From Eledone cirrhosa (lineage: Eukaryota): DNA of 64,000 bases. Where the stretch lies: NCBI GenBank assembly GCA_964016885.1, contig OZ024740.1, positions 107,384,001 through 107,448,000 on the forward strand, read 5' to 3'. Positions 1-12,155 of this stretch are shown piece after piece. The position numbers and the translations under genes are program-made. Numbering within the stretch: position 1 is the first letter of the stretch; every line of letters starts with the position of its first letter. The notes beneath the pieces are model-generated. The model did no database searches. It was not told the DNA's origin and saw nothing but the letters and a program-made list of their open reading frames with translations.

Positions 1-400
1 AACAGGAGAGGGCTAAGAACATAGCCCTGGTGGACACCAAACTGTACGCTAAATTCCTCGCTATAGTCATTGTTAATCCTAACTTTGCTGACTGCTCACC
101 TACACATGGCTTGTACAGCTTTCACAAGCCACTCATCTATTCCTAGTTTTCTAAGAGCCCACCAGATTACAGCATGGGGCACTCTGTCGAAAGCTTCTTC
201 TAGGTTGAGAAATGCCAGGTAGAGCAACTTACTTTTAGCTAAGTACTTTTCCTGTAACTGCCTCACCAGGAAGAGAGCATCTGTGGTGCTTTTGCCTGGC
301 ACAAATCCAAATTGCATCTCCTCTAGATTTACTCAGTCCCTAATCAGCTGCAGTATAACTCTTTCTGTTACTTTTATGACCTGGTCCATCAGCTTTATGC
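1..400 (-). mobile_element. RTE-clade LINE reverse-transcriptase fragment
   Basis: [15 protein letters not shown]...AFDRVP RT motifs; homologous to 15540-15850 and 45900-46280. Confidence 0.9.
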
Positions 401-401
401 C

Positions 402-439
<38 letters not shown>

Positions 440-519
440 CATATATATATACATATATCTATATACATATATATATATATACATATACATATATATATGT
501 ATACATATATATACATAAA

Positions 520-550
<31 letters not shown>

Positions 551-842
551 CATACATATATATATATATATATATACACATATATATATATACTCCCATG
601 GGTACAAGCTGAAGCATATAGACAATATATATAGGCATATTGTCTATATGCTTCAGCTTGTACCCATGGGAGTATATATATATATGTGTATATATAGATA
701 TATATACATATATATATATACATATATATACATATATATATATACATATACATACATACATATATATACATATACATACATACATATACATATACATACG
801 TACATATATATATATATATATATAGACACATATATATATATA
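401..842. repeat. (TA/TATACA)n microsatellite with an embedded 38-bp-arm palindrome
   Basis: Direct reading; arms at 591-628 and 637-674. Confidence 0.9.
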
Positions 843-1170
843 CTCCCATGGGTACAAGCTGAAGCATATAGACAATATGCCCCCCACCCCCCACCCCCAC
901 TGCAAGGTGGTCGTGGAGGTGCCACGGCAAAAAAGCACCCAGCCCACACTGTAAAGTGGACGTGTAGGCGCCACAAAAAAGCACCCAGCACTCACTGTAA
1001 ATGAGGTTGGTGTTAGGAAGGGCATCCAGCTGTAGAAATCAAGCCAAATCAGTTCCTGTATGAGCAAGGCAGTGTCAGCCGACCAGACACTGCCCACAAC
1101 AGGACAACCCATCTAACCCATGCTAGCGTGGAAGAACGGACGTAAAACGGTGATGATGATGATGATGATG
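843..1170 (+). mobile_element. SINE-like element with RTE-derived 3' end and (GAT)n tail
   Basis: Near-identical inverted copy at 42045-42360; 3' end AGGAAGGGCATCCAGC...CGTAAAACG(GAT)n shared with the RTE LINE 3' UTR. Confidence 0.8.
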
Positions 1171-1419
1171 ATATATATACATATATATATATATGGTGGC
1201 TGCCAACTCGTTTTCGAGTACGGCCACTACTTTATATCCATGTAGGAGAACCCCTACCGATGCGCTGAACGAGTGTGACTTTTTAGTCCAGCCAGCGACT
1301 TGAAAACTCTGGTACAAACACTACACTTGTGACAATTACTGACACATAGTGCTGGGCCCATGGTACCATGTGACGACAAGTGCAGAGAGATCTCCAGATA
1401 TAAAGCAATGCCTGTGCCG

Positions 1420-3130
1420 TGAAGCTTTTATAGTGACCCTTTCTAGTTTGACCCTTTCTCTAATTAGTTGTGCTAATATCCTTTCTGCCACTTTCATAAC
1501 CTGATCCATCAGGTTTATACCCCTATAATTTCTCCTCTCCAGAGCATCTCCTTTACATTTGTAGCAATTTATGAAAATACTGCTGCACCAGTCTTTGGGT
1601 ATGACACCGCCATATATAGCCTGATTGATGATGCATGCAACCAGTTTAGTGCCTACGTCCCGATGCCTTCAGCATCTCAGCAACTATCCCCGATGGTCCA
1701 GCAGCCTTACCATTTTTCATTTCCTTAATCGCCTCTTGAACCCTATATTCGTCAATCTCAATAGCTGGTCCCTCTGTCGGATCTACTGAGGGTAATTTCT
1801 CTCTCTCCCATTTGTTCTCCACATTCATCAGTCTCATAATGACATTTCCAGGCCTCCTTTTTCTGATCATTCGTGACACTAAGTACACCGGCATCATTCC
1901 AGACACATTTATCTCCAACAACATCCTGATTTGCATTGACACACTGCCTTACAATGTGGAACACCGCAATGTGGAACACCGCACGCCTCTGATCTTCCCG
2001 TCGCAGAACATTGGCAAACCTCCTACTCTCATCCTCCCTGTGTGCTAAGTACACCTGACATCTAGCTTCTCTCTTAGCGGCTGTATATCCTTCCCTACTC
2101 CCACCCTTTTTCCAAGCTAGTCTTTTGTCTCTAATTGTCTCTACTGTGCTGTTCCACCACCAGGTCACTCTCTGTCTGGTTGGAGCTCTGCTCCAGCCAC
2201 AAGTTTCATCAGTAAGTTGTCACGTAAGAAATTCCAGTTATTATCTATGTCATATGACTCTAAATCGTCTTCTTTCTCTTCATACACATCTTGAGGGGCT
2301 TCCTAAATTTGTATTTTAGTGAAAGGTCTTTTCGCTTCGAGACTTTCTTCTCCACACCTTCCCGTATGTCTCATTCCATCTCTTGCTTACTGAGATATCA
2401 CTAACGACTAACCTATGCTGTGGGGTACATTCCCTAGGGTATGCCTTGGTATTAGACACTATCTGCCTGTCCTGCTGCCTAACATGTAAGAAGTCAATCT
2501 GGCTTATGTGTTCGCCAGATTTGTAGGTTATTAGGTGGTTGGCAGGTTTCTGGAAGTTAGTGTTGCAAATAATCAGTGTACTTGCATCACAAAATTCAAG
2601 AAGTCTCACTCCTTCATTTCTTGAGCCGTAACCATGCCCACCATGAACCCCAGTGTAACCATCCTGGAGCTGTCCAACCAGACCATTGAAGTCCCCTGCT
2701 AGCATAACGATGTCTCCGTCCTCTGTCATTGCGGTTGTTTGTAAAAGTTGCTCGTAAAAGCAGTCTTTCTCTTCTTTGCCTAGGCCTGCTTGGGGACATA
2801 GGAAGAGATGATTGTCAGTAGTCTCCTGCCTACAACTAATCTAAGCTTAATTATTCTATTACTAACTCGAACTACCTCTATTGTCTTATTGATCCATCTC
2901 TCAGCCAGGAAAATGCCTACTTCCCCTAACCTATCATCATTACCCACCCAGAAAAGCTTATAGCTAAGATGTTTGCCCACGACTAGTCTCGCAGAGGCAC
3001 CTCTCCATCTCACTTATTGCACGCAGCACACATCCACATGCCTTCTCTCCAGCATCTCTTCTATTTCAGCAGGTCTACCTCTGAGAGTGCCAACATTAAG
3101 TGTTGCAACTCTGAGATGCGACGTCTTCAT
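1420..3130 (-). mobile_element. Degenerate RTE LINE (APE endonuclease plus RT N-terminal part)
   Basis: GDFNG, GYGSRN, SQIDF, QHRLVV APE motifs; KAAGPSGIVAEMLK; many stops and frameshifts. Confidence 0.9.
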
Positions 3131-3757
3131 ATTTTGTTGTTCCTATCTACTTGTTGCTGTGCTGATAATCGTTTTGGCATTGATACACTGGTTGGATGCC
3201 CTTCCTAACACCAGCGCCACTTTACAGCATGGACTGGGTGGTTTTATTTGTGCCACCAGCACTAGAGAGGATGTCTTACTAGACTCAAGGGCCCTCTCTA
3301 CCCTTCCATTTTACAGCATGGTCATAAAAAAAACACACTTATTGACACTCACGGCACACTCACACACCAACACTCATGCATACAAACTACAAACACACAT
3401 GCCACTCACACACCAACACACTCACCACTCACAAACACATACATATAAATCATCATCATCATCATCACCGTTTTACGTCCGTTCTCCCATGCTAGCATGG
3501 GTTAGACGGATATATATATATATATATATATTACCGTCAGTACTGATACAAAATCAAAATCATGTCAACTGTTGACTTTTCCAGTCCAGTTCAGTTTTTA
3601 TATAATAATAATAATAATTGTTTGCTTTACAGCAAAGAGCAACGGCTCTCCACTCTCCAGTCCCAAAAAACAAAAAAAAAAAAACACGGCACCAGCAATG
3701 CGCTGCCCCGTGCCAAGAACAGAATAGTTATTTAGTATTATTATTATAGTTGTTTTT

Positions 3758-3850
3758 AACTTTGCCTTTCATCCTTACGGGGTCGATAAAATAAAGTACC
3801 AGTAATGCACTGGGTAATTGCTGGCCTTGTGCCAAACGTAGAAACAATTA
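3758..3850 (+). mobile_element. Truncated tRNA-derived SINE (Meta-domain-like core GCCTTTCATCCTTACGGGGTCGATAAAATAAAGTACCAG)
   Basis: Same core recurs at ~9480-9600, 13480-13600, 20120-20310, 21600-21770, 32750-32920, 38790-38850, 51456-51630, 62700-62880. Confidence 0.75.
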
Positions 3851-3877
3851 TTATAGTTGTTTTTAAGGTCTGATCGC

Positions 3878-4140
3878 TGGTGATGGTGGTGGATGGTGTC
3901 AGTGATGGTGGTGGATGGTGCCAGTGATGGTGGTGGTGGATGTTGTCAGTGATGGTGATGGTGGAGTGTCAGTGATGGTGGTGGATGGTGCCAGTGATGG
4001 TGGTGGATGGTGTCAGTATGGTGGTGGCAGTTGTTGTTGTCGTTGTTAGTGTTGTTGTTGTTGCTGCTGCTGCTGCCATTGTTCATTTCACTGATGCTGC
4101 TGCTGCAGACAATGGTGCTGCTGCTGTTGCAGTTGTTGTA
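3878..4140. repeat. GGT/GAT-rich minisatellite followed by (GTT/GCT)n
   Basis: Tandem GATGGTGGTGGATGGTG(T/C)CAGT units. Confidence 0.85.
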
Positions 4141-4774
4141 GTCGCTGGGTTGAAATTTTGAAATTTGTTCGCTTCGCGTGTGTGATATATACACATGCAT
4201 ATATATACATACACATATATATATATACATACATACATACACACACATTCAACACAGACAATGGTGTAATTGCTGTCGTTGTTGTTGTAGTTGCTGTCGT
4301 TGAAATCTGGTCGCATCCACTGAGATATATATATACATATATATATACACACACATACATATATATATACACACATATACAACAAAGGAGTTAGCAGTTT
4401 GCCAACAGGTCTTAGTGTAGATAGGGTAATGACTTATGTGGTGGTGGTGGGGAGCAAGTGTAGACGTTATTGTGGTGGCGGGGTGCAGTGAGATGTACAA
4501 GTTCATAGTTTAATTGTCCCTTTTCCTCTCTTTTCAAAATTTGAATTAATGGCCATTCTTCTACGGCAGACAAGTATGCGTAAAATGTAAAATGTTTAAA
4601 TAGAGATTGCTCTGGAAGAATATATGGAATATTTCTGTTGTTCCACAGCTTTTGTCAGAACATTTCCAGGCGTCCAATGAGCAAAAATTTTGTTGTATTT
4701 TGGTCTTTCAGAATACAAAAATTAGTAAAAACTTACCCCACGAAAAACCATGTGTTGTCCTATCTATGAGGTCC

Positions 4775-4817
<43 letters not shown>

Positions 4818-4886
4818 AAAAAAAGATGAAATCGAAAATGCAACTGGAGTCATAATTTAAAAAATATATATATATTTATTTGGTTC

Positions 4887-4922
4887 CTTTACTGGTTTCG
4901 CAGTTCTTGTGCTTTTCAAAAG
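4887..4922 (-). ncRNA. Second, inverted minimal hammerhead motif
   Basis: Minus strand CTT-TTGAAAA-GCAcaagaacTGC-GAAAC CA GTA-AAG. Confidence 0.5.
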
Positions 4923-5149
4923 TAGAAAAAAGAAATTCAAACACTCATATTTGAAAAAACAACCTGAGTACCCCCTCCCTTGTTTGAAGAACTTTGTAAC
5001 ACGAACTGGCGCGAAATTTATTATACCAACCAATCAAATTACTTCTCTAAAAACCTGGCGTTTCGAGCCACTTTTTTCCATATAAAACAAGTAACATTCA
5101 AAGATCAACCAGATGTGAGAAAAACCACAGGCCCTCCATCTCAACTCTA

Positions 5150-5185
5150 CTTTTGAAAAGCAGAAGAACTGTGAAACCGGTAAAG
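5150..5185 (+). ncRNA. Minimal type I hammerhead ribozyme motif (U3-A8 variant)
   Basis: CTT-TTGAAAA-GCAG aagaa CTGT-GAAAC CG GTA-AAG: helix I CTT/AAG, helix II, GAAA core, palindromic ACCGGT helix III, GUA cleavage triplet. Confidence 0.6.
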
Positions 5186-5319
5186 GAACCAAATAAATAT
5201 ATATATTTTTTTAAAATAAGACTCCAGTTACATTTTCAATTTCATCTTTTTTTCTTTATACTTTCACTCGTGTAAGACACCTTGGTTATTTTTCATTTTG
5301 TAAAAAACCTCACTTTCTA

Positions 5320-5336
5320 ATATATAATGTATGTAT

Positions 5337-5370
<34 letters not shown>

Positions 5371-5620
5371 ATATATATATATACATTTATATATACATAT
5401 ATATATACATTTATATATATATATATGTATATACACATATATATATATATATATATATACATATATATACACATATATATATATATATATACATATATAT
5501 ACACATATATATATATATACATACATATATATACACACACACACATATATATATATATATACACACATAAACATATTTATACACACACACATATATATAC
5601 ACATATACAAATATAAACAA
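5320..5620. repeat. (TA)n/(CA)n microsatellite
   Basis: Direct reading. Confidence 0.95.
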
Positions 5621-5715
5621 AATTTGTTTTTGCTCTAACATGGTGGATACCTAAATGTATTTGTGAGTGAATAATAAAATCACTTGGTATGCAAAGTAGG
5701 CTAATCAGCAGATGT

Positions 5716-6043
5716 ATCATCATCATCATTTTACGTCCGCTTTTCCCTGCTTGCAAGGGTGGGACGGGAACTGATTCTGGCTTGATTTCTATAGCTGGAT
5801 GCCCTTCCTAACACCAACCTCATTTACAGTGAGTGCTGGGTGCTTTTTTGCCGTGGCACCTCCACGACCACTTTGCAGTGGAATGATAGGGACCCCAGTC
5901 CCTATCATCTCATTTCTACAGCTGAGTAAACTGGAGCAATGTGAAATATGAAATAAAGTGTCTTGCTCAAGGACACAACACATCACCTGGTCTGAGAATT
6001 GAACTCACAACCTTTCGATTGCAAGGCCAATGCTCTAACCACT
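5716..6043 (-). mobile_element. tRNA-derived SINE with RTE-type (GAT)n tail
   Basis: tRNA-like head (TAGTGGTTAGAGCATTGGCCTTGCAATCG...GTTCAATTC) and GTGTCCTTGAGCAAGACAC core; close copies at 43300-43620 (-) and 44220-44500 (+). Confidence 0.85.
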
Positions 6044-6519
6044 AATACTATGTATTCTCAGCAGTTCCAGCAGGCAACAGCGACGAGTACACAAAGTCTT
6101 GTTAAGGGGCAATAACTCTGAAACAATTGTTGACTGTTTTTTCTCTACTATCGCTGGAACAAAAGGATGACATTGTCACCTAGAAAACACACATGGTGTT
6201 ATGAGGTTGCAAACGAACCAAATATTAATAATATTATGATAATATTATTATCATTCACTCATGAATACATATATATATTTATTTACAAGAGTCAAAATCA
6301 GTGTTGCTGCTTACGTACAAACTTTATTAGCATATTACAATTGTTTCGATATTGATCACCTTGGTACAATCAAGGTGATGGGGTCTGACTCTTTTTTGAC
6401 ATCTCATCAGATATGCAAGCTTGTATGTGCAAAGACACATCTAAACTCTGCACACTAGAGCTGTAACACTGGAATACAACCCAAATGAAACGGACTTCAT
6501 AACAGCATTGAGTGCAAAA

Positions 6520-7310
6520 TCAAGCTTTAGAAAAGTCAATATAAATAACATCCACCCATGAGCCGCCATCAGATTCAGGTCATGTTTTCAAAAATTTCAA
6601 TGAAATGATCACAGCAGCTAGAGTTAAGGATAAATCCAAATTGTGAGGGCCGGATAAGGCAGTGAAGGTTCCAGAGTGTTTCTCTGACACAGGACACCAT
6701 CAGTTTGGTGATGCATCTAGTAAGACTGACTGGACAATAGTTGACTGGCGACATGAGATCACTCTTTTTGAACAGAGAAATGCCACTGGCAGTTTTCCAC
6801 TGCTCTAGGGTAATACTGTTGTTAAGGCAGAATTGAAAGAAGAGTGAAAGCTGGTGTAGAAGAAAGTATCCACAATGTTTGAGAAGTAGGTACGTAACAC
6901 CATTAACACCAGGAGAGGCATAGTTGCACTTATGCTTTCTTTGAAATCATCAGTAATCCGGTCTATGTAGGGATTGCGAAAAGGACCAACTGGAGAGTGG
7001 GTCTCTGCTTTGAACGTACATATTTCCAGAACACTTTGCTGTCAGAGTTGGTTACTATACACTGTTCAAGTTCAAACACTACTCTTTTCACCACATGCTT
7101 GAGATGGTTAGATGAACTATTGCGCTTTTTTCTATTAACATCTGATCTATGTAGTCTATTCTCATTCAGCATCACAACATTCTTTCCTGGCAAGTCAGAC
7201 TGTTGCAGTCTCCAAATTGCATTTTGGGGATGTTTTTTGTGCTTATGTGATGCTCCACATGCTGTCCATATTGAATTCAAGATATTTTGGAGTATACTAT
7301 TCACATTTCC
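6520..7310 (-). mobile_element. Degenerate CR1-like LINE fragment
   Basis: Homologous to 47345-47980 (NYRPVSLT, QFGF, DVIY.DF); KVFWKYVRSK motif. Confidence 0.8.
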
Positions 7311-7471
7311 AGAGTCGTAAAATTCAAGCCTGTTTGAGAGTTGTAGCTAAGTGCAGTAATAATTCCAATCTTCCACATATGGTGTGACACGGGTTATCTC
7401 CCCTTTTGATTCCTCCCCTTTCCCCTCCTGTCTGTTGACAGACAAAGGAGATCAGCTTGTCTTTCACAATA

Positions 7472-7763
7472 CTAGAATTTGTTTCAACACGCTGACGCGT
7501 GTGTGTATGTGCATATGCATACATTTATATGTATGAGTATATAAATATAAACGCGCAAACACAGAGACACAAAAATACACTCACACACATACATCCACAC
7601 AAACACACATACATTTTCACAAACACACACATACACTATCACACAGCGTAGCAAATGGAACGCCAGCTGCTGTTTTGCTATAGTTTTTTTTCACCATTCT
7701 CTTCCTTCCTTTTACACATAGTGTGTAACAGACAGAAGTCACTCAAATTTATATATAGATAGA
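7472..7763 (-). mobile_element. Non-autonomous Helitron (292 bp)
   Basis: Minus strand A|TCTATCTATATATAAA 5' end; 3' hairpin ACACGC-gtca-GCGTGT 11 nt before CTAG|T; no TSD. Confidence 0.75.
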
Positions 7764-7822
7764 TTATTATGGTGGTCATCACCATCACCACTACTGTCTC
7801 AAATATTAATAAAATTACATAC

Positions 7823-7954
7823 CACAGAAGAAAGTGAGTTCAAAGTTAATAGCAAGGAATTGTCCTCTGTGTCCTCAGCTAAGTCAAACTCACAAACCAA
7901 TCCATCTGTAGATCCACTTGCCAACAGATTTTCATTGGTTGGATGGAATGATAC
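7823..7954 (-). CDS. WDR89: WDR89-like coding exon 7 (VSFHPTNENLLASGSTDGLVCEFDLAEDTEDNSLLLTLNSLSSV)
   Basis: AG/GTATGT boundaries, 132 nt in frame; FHP..SGSxDGLV motif. No further exon found in 1-7822, so the gene probably continues outside the window. Confidence 0.93.
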
Positions 7955-8352
7955 CTGAAAGTTAAACATTTACATTTCGAGTTTAAACCAGAAATACTCA
8001 AGATATCAGAATTGCTATTATCCCTTTTGTTACCATGCTGCCTGAAAAGCTTTTGGTTCTATGATACAAAATACTGTTTTTTTAAGTGTTTGTTTATATT
8101 TATCTAAAAAATTTCCATCATAACTTTATGTAAGAAAAGTTATACTCCAAACACCAGCTTAATAATGAGAAAGTTAGTTAAATGAGTAAATCTCTCAAAT
8201 ACTTGATTATTTTCAAAATGATTTTAAAATCATGAGCAAAAACTTTCACTAAAAAGATGTTTTTAAAAGTATATCACACAATGTGGTGTTTTTTAAAATG
8301 CCTTGAAGTATAAAGTAGAAAAATTAATAGAAAATTAAAATAAATAGCCAAC

Positions 8353-8416
8353 CTGTGTTATGTCATCCATGTGGGAATCGGTGAAATCTGTAAGTAAGAC
8401 TCCTTTCCTCCTATCC
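8353..8416 (-). CDS. WDR89: WDR89-like coding exon 6 (WDRRKGVLLTDFTDSHMDDITQ)
   Basis: ttttctccag acceptor, GT donor, 64 nt; HxDD(I/V)TQ motif of WDR89. Confidence 0.93.
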
Positions 8417-8877
8417 CTGGAGAAAATAAATACAAAGTTTAATTTAAAATTCCAACAATTAAATGGCAAAGGTAAACTATAAAAAGTACTTAATCTTAAT
8501 TCTTTTAAATCTCTGTTTTAAAGTGTTTACATTTACCTAAAACCCTTCCATCATAATTTTATGTAAGGACACCAGCTTAATAATGAGAAAGTTATATATA
8601 TTACTAAATCCCTATAAATTCTTGATTATTTTCAAAATTATTTGAAAACCCTAGGTAGTGTCTTTCATTAAAAATATGGTATTGAAGAGGTTAAACTTTT
8701 TCTTGACGACAATGAAAATTAGTGGCTTTTGAAAGATGTGATGTACATTATTGTACATATTTTTACTGGTAACTAGAGTTAATCAATGAAATAACTGTAT
8801 AAAAAGGGGTTTGTTATAATCTCCATGTATAATCATAAGCAAAAGATGTAGTGAGATAAAAAAACAACATAGGTTAA

Positions 8878-9119
8878 TCCTTTTGATACCAAATCACCTG
8901 AAACCTACAATACAAAACTATTTAAAGTGTTTATATTTATCTGAAAACTTTCTATCATAATTTTAAGAAAAAACCTTTAAGTTATACTCCAAACATTAGC
9001 CTAAAAACAAGAAAATTAATTATATTAGTAAATCTCTCCAAATTCTCGATTGTTTTCAAAATTATTTGAAAATCATAGGTAATCTAGTGTCTTTCATTAG
9101 AAATATGATAATGAAATGG
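8878..9119. mobile_element. piggyBac-like MITE
   Basis: TTAA flanks with degenerate CCC...GGG termini; related copies at ~8020-8270, 8510-8695, 12156-12574, 13181-17510 (split), 23200-23340, 51640-51920. Confidence 0.6.
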
Positions 9120-9307
9120 TTAATATGCTTGAATTTTAATTTTAGAGAAATGAGCAAAGACAACATATAGTTGAGAAGACTGGTGCCCATGATAAATTAT
9201 TCCCAGTACACTCTATAAATTGATTTGTATTAGGAATATTTTACCTCATAATTTATTTATCATTTGATAAGTTCATATGCAAGATAAAATCCATGAAGAC
9301 AACTTAC

Positions 9308-9407
9308 CAAATCTTTAATTCAGCTTCTTGTTTAACTGCTTCTGTTCCAGCTACCAACTTCAAATCAGAGCTATTGATGTCCATACAGAGAAGACATTTA
9401 TCAGAAC
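9308..9407 (-). CDS. WDR89: WDR89-like coding exon 5 (GSDKCLLCMDINSSDLKLVAGTEAVKQEAELKI)
   Basis: ttttcag acceptor, GTAAGT donor, 100 nt; DIN...AGTE motif of WDR89. Confidence 0.93.
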
Positions 9408-9884
9408 CTGAAAATGAAATTTATATCAAATTTTAATTTCAAAGACTATGACGCAGCTGGGCAGCTATCTCGCAGATCATTAGAATGTTGGATATAATGC
9501 TTTGCAGTATTCATTCCAGTTCTCAGTGCTCTGAGTTCAAATCCTACTGAGGTCAGCTTTGCCTTTCACACTTTCAAGGTCAATAAAAAAAATACTGGTC
9601 CAGTACTGCAGCCAATTCTTCTCTATATCTCTTTCTCATTTCCTCTCTATCACTCTCTCTTTCTCTGGAAGAAATTGGTTGTGTTAAGATCTGGAGAGGA
9701 GGTGGGCTCCACTAGGTGCATAAGAAATGCTGTATGTCTACTGCACCCCTATAACTCCACCAGGAGTTATAGGTCCATATGTACATACATGACACAAGTA
9801 GATATGACAGGAATAGCAATATGATTGAAATATTATAAGAGAACATGTGTAGCCATTAAAAACATACCCACATACAATGATTTA

Positions 9885-11050
9885 AATGATAATAATGAAA
9901 ATATTGTGTACAGTGCTCAGGTGCACTACAACTCATCAAAAGTGTATGTATAGTACATAGGTTAATGTACAAATGTCAGGAAAATGAACAGTGCATGAGT
10001 CATGATATACACGTGTGCATGTGTATGGAAGGGGGACATCAGGTGTAGTTTTGGTGAATTTCGGGAAGCATGAGGGTTTTAAAGGATGCAGTATCTCGAC
10101 AGCTAACAACTGATGCAGGTAGTTTGTTCCATGCTTCAGCAACTCTAAGCGTGAAAAAATGTTTCCGAAAGTCATGGGAGTTGTGCTGTTTTCTGACTTT
10201 GTAGGCATGTCCACGTGTGTTAGACACATGGAGATCAAAAAGGTACTCAGGGCTGTTGTTGGCGAGATGGTTAATAACTTTGTGGGTGTTTACCAAGTCC
10301 ATGATGATGATGATGATGATGATTGCCAGACGTCGGAGCTTCAATGAATCCATGCCCAGGGAAGCAAGGCGTTCAGAGTATGATGGAGGGTATGCGCTTG
10401 GTTGCACGTCTCTGAACAGTTTCCAGGAGGTCAATGTTCTGAGCAAGATAGGGTTTCCAGACTGATGATGCGAATTCCAAGTGTGGTTGTACCATAGCTG
10501 TATTCAGCTTTAAATAGATGGCTGGAGAGTGGCTAACAAAGGTCTTGCTGAGTGATGCCAAGACACCCTCGGCCTTCTTGACAATTTTAGAGATGTACTT
10601 TGTCCAACGCAAATCGTTGACAGTAATGCCCAGGTCACGTTCACAAGAGGACTTCTTGATATCAGTGTTGTGGAGGGAGTATGTGGACGCTGGATTTTTC
10701 CTCCTAAAGGGCATGGTGGTACACTTGTCCACAGCCAGCTTCAGTTGCCAGTCTGTGATCCATTGCTGCATTGTGTCCAGGTCTGATTATAGGAAAGAGT
10801 TATAGATTTCAGAATCTGTTCTTTTGATTTCAAGGTACAGTTTGATGTCATCTGCATATTTCAGTACTGTGGCATTCTTTAAGTTAGCATCTATGTCGTT
10901 AATGTATGTAACAAACAAAAGGGGACCAAGAACAGATCCTTGTGGTACACCAGTTGACATCTCATATGGTGAAGAATGCTGTGCTAGAACCGTGACTATC
11001 TCTTTTCGGCTGAGAATGAAGGATTTCAACCAGTTAAAAAGATCATCCAC
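9885..11050 (-). mobile_element. 5'-truncated CR1-like LINE (RT C-terminal half plus 3' UTR)
   Basis: GVPQGSVLGPLLF and YADD motifs; highly similar to 48040-49200. Confidence 0.92.
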
Positions 11051-11799
11051 TCTTACTAGAGATATCAATGTCTTTAGTTGTATACCTACAACCTGAAATG
11101 TTTGAGTCTTTCAGTAAGTATGTGAGACTTCCTGTACATGTTTCAGCCTTAATACAACTCACCAGTGAAATATAGCCTTCATAGTGCTTGCTGAAGTAGT
11201 GATGAGAGAATCACAAAGTAAATGTGTGATTGATCTTCCATCTGTTTTGATAATGATCATTCAGTTGCTCAATGAACAGAACATCCAATTCATGAATTAA
11301 CACGTATGTGGTTGAGTATTCCACAAATACATGTACTGTACATTTAATGTACGATATATACTCAGTTTATAAACAGGGGTTTGGATTTTTGTCTATTTCT
11401 TAGATATAAAATGGATGGGGGGGGGGGGGGGGGGGGGGGGGGCTCAGTTTATATTCAAGTATATACAGTAATTCTCAAGCAGAACCAGTATCACACAATA
11501 TGTGACATGTGACAAGGTTAGACCTTTGAATTACAGGTACAATCCGTCTGATAAGTATTCATATATTTCCTGTCGAACTAATTCCACTCACAAAGCTTGG
11601 TTTAACTGGAGGTTATGGTAAAAACATTTACTCAAAATGCCACACAGTGGGATTGAACCTGGGACCTCATGATTGTGAAATAAACTTCCTAACCACTCAG
11701 CCATGTCAATCTACACTGGTTGACGTCAATCAATTTTGGCCTCCCATTATCTTCACTCCCACCATACCATCTGTGTTAAACGATGAAGTTATAATTTAC

Positions 11800-11849
11800 C
11801 AATGAATTCTTGAGCAGGTTTTTTAAAATCTGTCCTTGTGTCCCAACAC
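11800..11849 (-). CDS. WDR89: WDR89-like coding exon 4 (RCWDTRTDFKKPAQEFI)
   Basis: ttttccag acceptor, GTAAAT donor, 50 nt; matches WDR89 KCWDAR..KPVQLF. Confidence 0.92.
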
Positions 11850-12155
11850 CTGGAAAATAAAATATAATTATTATCATCATAATCATCACCATTTAATGTC
11901 CATTTTTCAATGCTAGCATGGGTTAAACGAGTTGTCCCGCTGTGTATCAAGTCAGATCAGATGACTGTGGTTTGCTCATACAGAACTGACTCTGGCTTGG
12001 TTTCTATGGCTGGATGCCTTTCCACATTTACAACATGCAGTGTGGACTGGGTGCTTTTTGTTGTGATGCCAAAGTGACAACTCCATCATAACCACTTTAC
12101 AGTCGTTGATAATCAAAAACTAGATTCTACATTAATTAATAACTAAAATTGTTAA

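Larger units (their letters stand above)
4811..5260. mobile_element. Penelope-like non-autonomous element with ~115-bp inverted repeats
   Basis: 4811-4926 is the imperfect reverse complement of 5146-5260; each arm carries a hammerhead-like core followed by AATAAA; (TA)n directly on the left and ~60 bp beyond the right arm. Confidence 0.65.

Noticed and set aside
591-880. CRISPR-like repeated 38-mer
   Set aside because: Three copies with one inverted, microsatellite spacers, eukaryotic context, no cas genes; it is a SINE head.
283-1112. Long YI/IY-rich ORFs (also 3946-4506, 5310-5641, 33294-33657)
   Set aside because: Translations of TA/CA microsatellites that lack stop codons; not genes.
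5990-6043. tRNA-like sequences (also 21700-21770, 43560-43620, 62800-62880)
   Set aside because: They are SINE heads joined to SINE cores, with no complete cloverleaf.
11417-11442. Poly-G run (and poly-C at 13836-13856) as functional G-quadruplexes
   Set aside because: Simple homopolymers in or near TE remnants; length is unreliable and there is no functional evidence.
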